From: Heptranchias perlo
Taxonomy: Eukaryota
Length of the DNA stretch: 64,000 nucleotides
Direction: 5' to 3'
Assembly: GCF_035084215.1 (NCBI RefSeq)
Contig: NC_090341.1
Location: forward strand, 15,686,001 to 15,750,000
How positions within the stretch are numbered: the stretch's first letter is position 1; each line of letters starts with the position of its first letter. The position numbers and the translations under genes are program-made. The notes under the pieces were generated by a model. That model saw only the letters and a list, made by a program, of their open reading frames with translations, did no database searches and had not been told where the DNA came from. Below are positions 59,858-64,000 of this stretch, one piece after another.

Positions 59858-61845
59858 TCATAGAAGTTTACAACATGGAAACAGGCCCTTCGGCCCAACA
59901 TGTCCATGTCGCCCAGTTTATACCACCAAGCTAGTCCCAATTGCCTGCACTTGGCCCATATCCCTCTATACCCATCTTACCCATGTAACTGTCCAAATGC
60001 TTTTTAAAAGACAAAATTGTACCCGCCTCTACTACTGCCTCTGGCAGCTCGTTCCAAACACTCACCACCCTTTGAGTGAAAAAATTGCCCCTCTGGACCC
60101 TTTTGTATCTCTCCCCTCTCACCTTAAATCTATGTCCCCTCGTTATAGACTTCCCTACCTTTGGGAAAAGATTTTGACTATCGACCTTATCTATGCCCCT
60201 CATTATTTTATAGACTTCTATAAGATCACCCCTAAACCTCCTACTCTCCAGGGAAAAAAGTCTCAGCCTATCCAACCTCTCCCTATAAGTCAAACCATCA
60301 AGTCCCGGTAGCATCCTAGTAAATCTTTTCTGCACTCTTTCTAGTTTAATAATATCCTTTCTATAGTAGGGTGACCAGAACTGTACACAGTATTCCAAGT
60401 GTGGCCTTACTAATGTCTTGTACAACTTCAACAAGACATCCCAACTCCTGTATTCAATGTTCTGACCAATGAAACCAAGCATGCTGAATGCCTTCTTCAC
60501 CACCCTATCCACCTGTGACTCCACTTTCAAGGAGCTATGAACCTGTACTCCTAGATCTCTTTGTTCTATAACTCTCCCCAACGCCCTACCATTAACGGAG
60601 TAGGTCCTGGCCCGATTTGATCTACCAAAATGCATCACCTCACATTTATCTAAATTAAACTCCATCTGCCATTCATCGGCCCACTGGCCTAATTTATCAA
60701 GATCCCGTTGCAATCCTAGATAACCTTCTTCACTGTCCACAATGCCACCAATCTTGGTGTCATCTGCAAACTTACTAACCATGCCTCCTAAATTCTCATC
60801 CAAATCATTAATATAAATAACAAATAACAGCGGACCCAGCACCGATCCCTGAGGCACACCGCTGGTCACAGGCCTCCAGTTTGAAAAACAACCCTCTACA
60901 ACCACCCTCTGTCTTCTGCCGTCAATCCAATTTTGTATCCAATTGGCTACCTCACCTTGTATCCCGTGAGATCTAACCTTATGTAACAACCTACCATGCG
61001 GTACCTTGTCAAAGGCTTTGCTAAAGTCCATGTAGACCATGTCGACTGCACAGCCCTCATCTATCTTCTTGGTTACCCCTTCAAAAAACTCAATCAAATT
61101 TGTGAGACATGATTTTCCTCTCACAAAACCATGCTGACTGTTCCTAATTAGTCCCTGCCTCTCCAAATGCCTGTAGATCCTGTCTCTCAGAATACCCTCT
61201 AACAACTTACCCACTACAGATGTCAGGCTCACCGGTCTGTAGTTCCCAGGCTTTTCCCTGCCGCCCTTCTTAAACAAAGGCACAACATTTACTACTTCAG
61301 GCACCTCACCTGTAGCTGTCGATGATTCAAATATCTCTGCTAGGGGACCCGCAATTTCCTCCCTAACCTCCCATAACGTCCTGGGATACATTTCATCAGG
61401 TCCCGGAGATTTATCTACCTTGATGCGCGTTAAGACTTCCAGCACCTCCCTCTCTGTAATATGCACACTCCTCAAGACATCACTATTTATTTCCCCAAGT
61501 TCCCTAACATCCATGCCTTTCTCAACCGTAAATACCGATGCGAAATATTCATTTAGGATCTCACCCATCTCTTGTGGTTCCGCACATAGATGACCTTGTT
61601 GATCCTTAAGTGGCCCTACTCTCTCCCTAGTTACTCTTTTGCCCTTTATGTATTTGTAGAAGCTCTTTGGATTCACCTTTGCCTTATCTGCCAAAGCAAT
61701 CTCATATCCCCTTTTTGCCCTCCTGATTTCTCTCTTAACTCTACTCCGGCAATCTCTATACTCTTCAAGGGATCCACTTGATCCCAGCTGCCTATGCATG
61801 TCATATGCCTCCTTCTTCTTCTTTCTGACTAGGGCCTCAATCTCT
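59858..61845 (-). mobile_element. Young 5'-truncated CR1 LINE
   Basis: Uninterrupted ORF2 segment running to the native stop, followed by the 3' tail. Confidence 0.93.
59931..61799 (-). CDS. CR1 ORF2 reverse transcriptase (622 codons; endonuclease domain absent)
   Basis: Motifs [52 protein letters not shown]. Short in-frame loss of DWR in VPE[DWR]V. Confidence 0.88.
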   Translation of the reverse strand: MHRQLGSSGSLEEYRDCRSRVKREIRRAKRGYEIALADKAKVNPKSFYKYIKGKRVTRERVGPLKDQQGHLCAEPQEMGEILNEYFASVFTVEKGMDVRELGEINSDVLRSVHITEREVLEVLTRIKVDKSPGPDEMYPRTLWEVREEIAGPLAEIFESSTATGEVPEVVNVVPLFKKGGREKPGNYRPVSLTSVVGKLLEGILRDRIYRHLERQGLIRNSQHGFVRGKSCLTNLIEFFEGVTKKIDEGCAVDMVYMDFSKAFDKVPHGRLLHKVRSHGIQGEVANWIQNWIDGRRQRVVVEGCFSNWRPVTSGVPQGSVLGPLLFVIYINDLDENLGGMVSKFADDTKIGGIVDSEEGYLGLQRDLDKLGQWADEWQMEFNLDKCEVMHFGRSNRARTYSVNGRALGRVIEQRDLGVQVHSSLKVESQVDRVVKKAFSMLGFIGQNIEYRSWDVLLKLYKTLVRPHLEYCVQFWSPYYRKDIIKLERVQKRFTRMLPGLDGLTYRERLDRLRLFSLESRRFRGDLIEVYKIMRGIDKVDSQNLFPKVGKSITRGHRFKVRGERYKRVQRGNFFTQRVVSVWNELPEAVVEAGTILSFKKHLDSYMGKMGIEGYGPSAGNWD

Positions 61846-63156
61846 CAAAGTCGGTGTCTCTGATTGGCTCATAAGACGGGAACAATTCACAACTGAACAG
61901 GTTGGGAACGTACCAATGAACAAGTAGCAATTGTATACAAAAAGTACCAATCAAGAATCAGCAAGCTGTTAACTAGTATAACTAGTAAGGAGGAGAAGAG
62001 GAAACCAATTAAATCACTCAAAATACTTCTTGAAAATCCTTTGGCCCCATCTTATTTTATCAGTAATGCAGAAACATGGATCAAAAAATAAAGTTTGCAA
62101 CAAAACAGTATGAAAATTTACATAATTCACAACAAAATCATTATGCTTACCCATAAGCTGCCTTTTCTGTCTTTGACATCTCCAATACCGTTTCCCTTCA
62201 GAAGTCTGCCCATCAGGTATCTGGAACTTGAGGTCATAGGGCTGCCTGCAGCTATCACCGTGTCAGTTATTAACTACCCTAAGGAAGATGTTCAACCGAG
62301 TAATTGGTAGCAACACTCACAAAATACCATTGTCACTATGTACAGTAAAACTTCCAGAATGCAGATATGGCTACCTCCCCTCTGAGTCTAACAAACACCA
62401 CCACATTTTGGAGAGTGGCAGAATGTCGCATAACATACCAGAATTAATGTTTATGATTGATAGTAAGACTGGCCATTCTAAGCGTCTTGGGACTTGTTTG
62501 TAAACCCCACCCACTCTTACGTGTCCAGCCACAGAAAAGGCTTGATGGTACTAAAACCCACGGAAGTCGTTATCTAAGGTAATTTTGATGGGGAAAAGCA
62601 ATGTAACTAACTATAAACAAGGGCTTGTAATATATAATAAGCAATAATAATGTAAACATGTTATATAGTACTGGCCTTGCACTCTAACTGGTATCTGTTC
62701 TGACTTCAGCCTCAATTCCAGGTATTAGCAATGCTCCTGCTGCCTCAGCCCTAGACTTTGCCGTTGGCTAGTGATGGGAAACTAACCACGGTGCTTCAAC
62801 TCCCACTTTGCCCAATTGTTCTGTTCCCTGGCCTGGTGTTGCATTTCCTGCCCCACTGCTCTGTTCCTCTCTCCTTGCTCCCGTTTCCCATCTGAGTGAT
62901 CTGCTCCCCTGCCCATGTCCTGGACTACCAGTGAGCAATGCCACGGGAGATCTAATGTGTATAACTAAAACATGTATGATTAAGACATCAGCAAATAGAA
63001 AATTCTGAATTTCTAAAGGCTTTTTGAAATTCTGTCTTAATAGGAACCGACGGTCAGCTCAAGGAGATCGTTTGTCAGCCATTACCATGGCTTTGCAGTA
63101 TGGATCTGAGAGTGAAGAGGAAAGTGGTTTAGGTGGTAAGGCACTATGACACTATG

Positions 63157-64000
63157 GGGGAAAAATTGGATAGGGGCCGTTTTTGGGCACAGGTAGCGTG
63201 ATGTGCTATTACCCCACGCCCGATGGCCCCTGCACAGGCAGGATGCAAGTTTCAGCCCACCCCAGGACTTACCTGCAATCAGCGTTCCATTCCAGGCCTT
63301 GCACGTGGAATCAATGCAGTTTGCACTTTCCACCACCAGAGGGAGTGCAATCTCTTAAAGGGAGGATGTTTCTTAGAAATCTCTTAAAGGTAGCTGGTAC
63401 CTGTTATTTGCTGAAAATAACAGTCTACTGTCTGCATAGAGTCTGAACAGAGATTAGACATTGCACACGAAAAACACAGATGCAGGTCCCATTCCAATGT
63501 TTACACACTGATGAGTTATGTTAAAACATTGAATAAAGGTTGCGCACTACTAAATCCTACATCCTCCAATCTGCACGCCAGACCTCACCAATCTGCCGAT
63601 CTGAGTTGCTACCAGGCCTGCGAGAGTGCGTGCACCAAGGTTCTCTGCTGATGCACTAGAGACCTTGGTGCAAGAGGCGGTGGGGGGGTTGGGGGGGTGC
63701 GGTGGTAGGGGGGATGGGGGGTTTGGGGGTGGGGGGGGTAGGGGGGACGGGGGTGGGGTGGGGGCAGGGACTGTCGGGGGGGGGGAAACCAAGAGGCCCT
63801 CCAGACATATATCCTAGAGGCAGCGGGGGAATGAAGTCAATGCCAGGCACACAACATCATGAACATGGATGCAGTGCAGGAAGAAGTTCAATACTTTGAC
63901 ATGAGTGGACAAGGTGAGTGAGGTCAACTGTTAAGTGGTGTGTCCCACCAACTGCATCCCCCAATCCCCCACATACCAACAAACTCTTTCCTTCAGTATT
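63157..64000. mobile_element. Harbinger-type element, left part (same family as 14852-18779); runs off the window
   Basis: Starts GGGGAAAAATTGGATAGGGGCCGTTTTTGGGC after ATG. Colinear with 14852-15199 plus 17537-17940. Myb remnant RAPRFSADALETLVQE. Confidence 0.8.

Overview
Vertebrate genomic DNA, most likely from a cartilaginous fish (inferred from the CR1, L2, Deu-type SINE, Harbinger and Penelope repeat content). It holds four spliced genes in the human 3p21.1 order: SPCS1 exon 1 (-), complete GLT8D1 (+, 9 coding exons), complete GNL3/nucleostemin (-, 15 coding exons, hosting four SNORD19-type C/D snoRNAs) and the first 8 coding exons of PBRM1 (+). SPCS1/GLT8D1 and GNL3/PBRM1 are head-to-head pairs. 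The introns carry nested mobile elements, including a young Penelope-like retroelement with an intact RT + GIY-YIG ORF, several Harbinger derivatives, and CR1/L2/SINE copies. The most striking signal is a set of minimal hammerhead ribozymes tied to Penelope ends. One lies in the full element. Two lie back-to-back, one per strand, in a 230-bp palindromic non-autonomous insert with a 13-bp target duplication. Decayed versions of the same design occur in an older family. Other oddities are a 61-bp copy of a GNL3 exon inside a MITE, a snoRNA that may guide two neighbouring 18S sites, and inverted host DNA at the Penelope 5' junction. Exons were called by eye from GT-AG boundaries and recalled orthologue sequences; repeat boundaries are approximate unless TIRs or TSDs are given.
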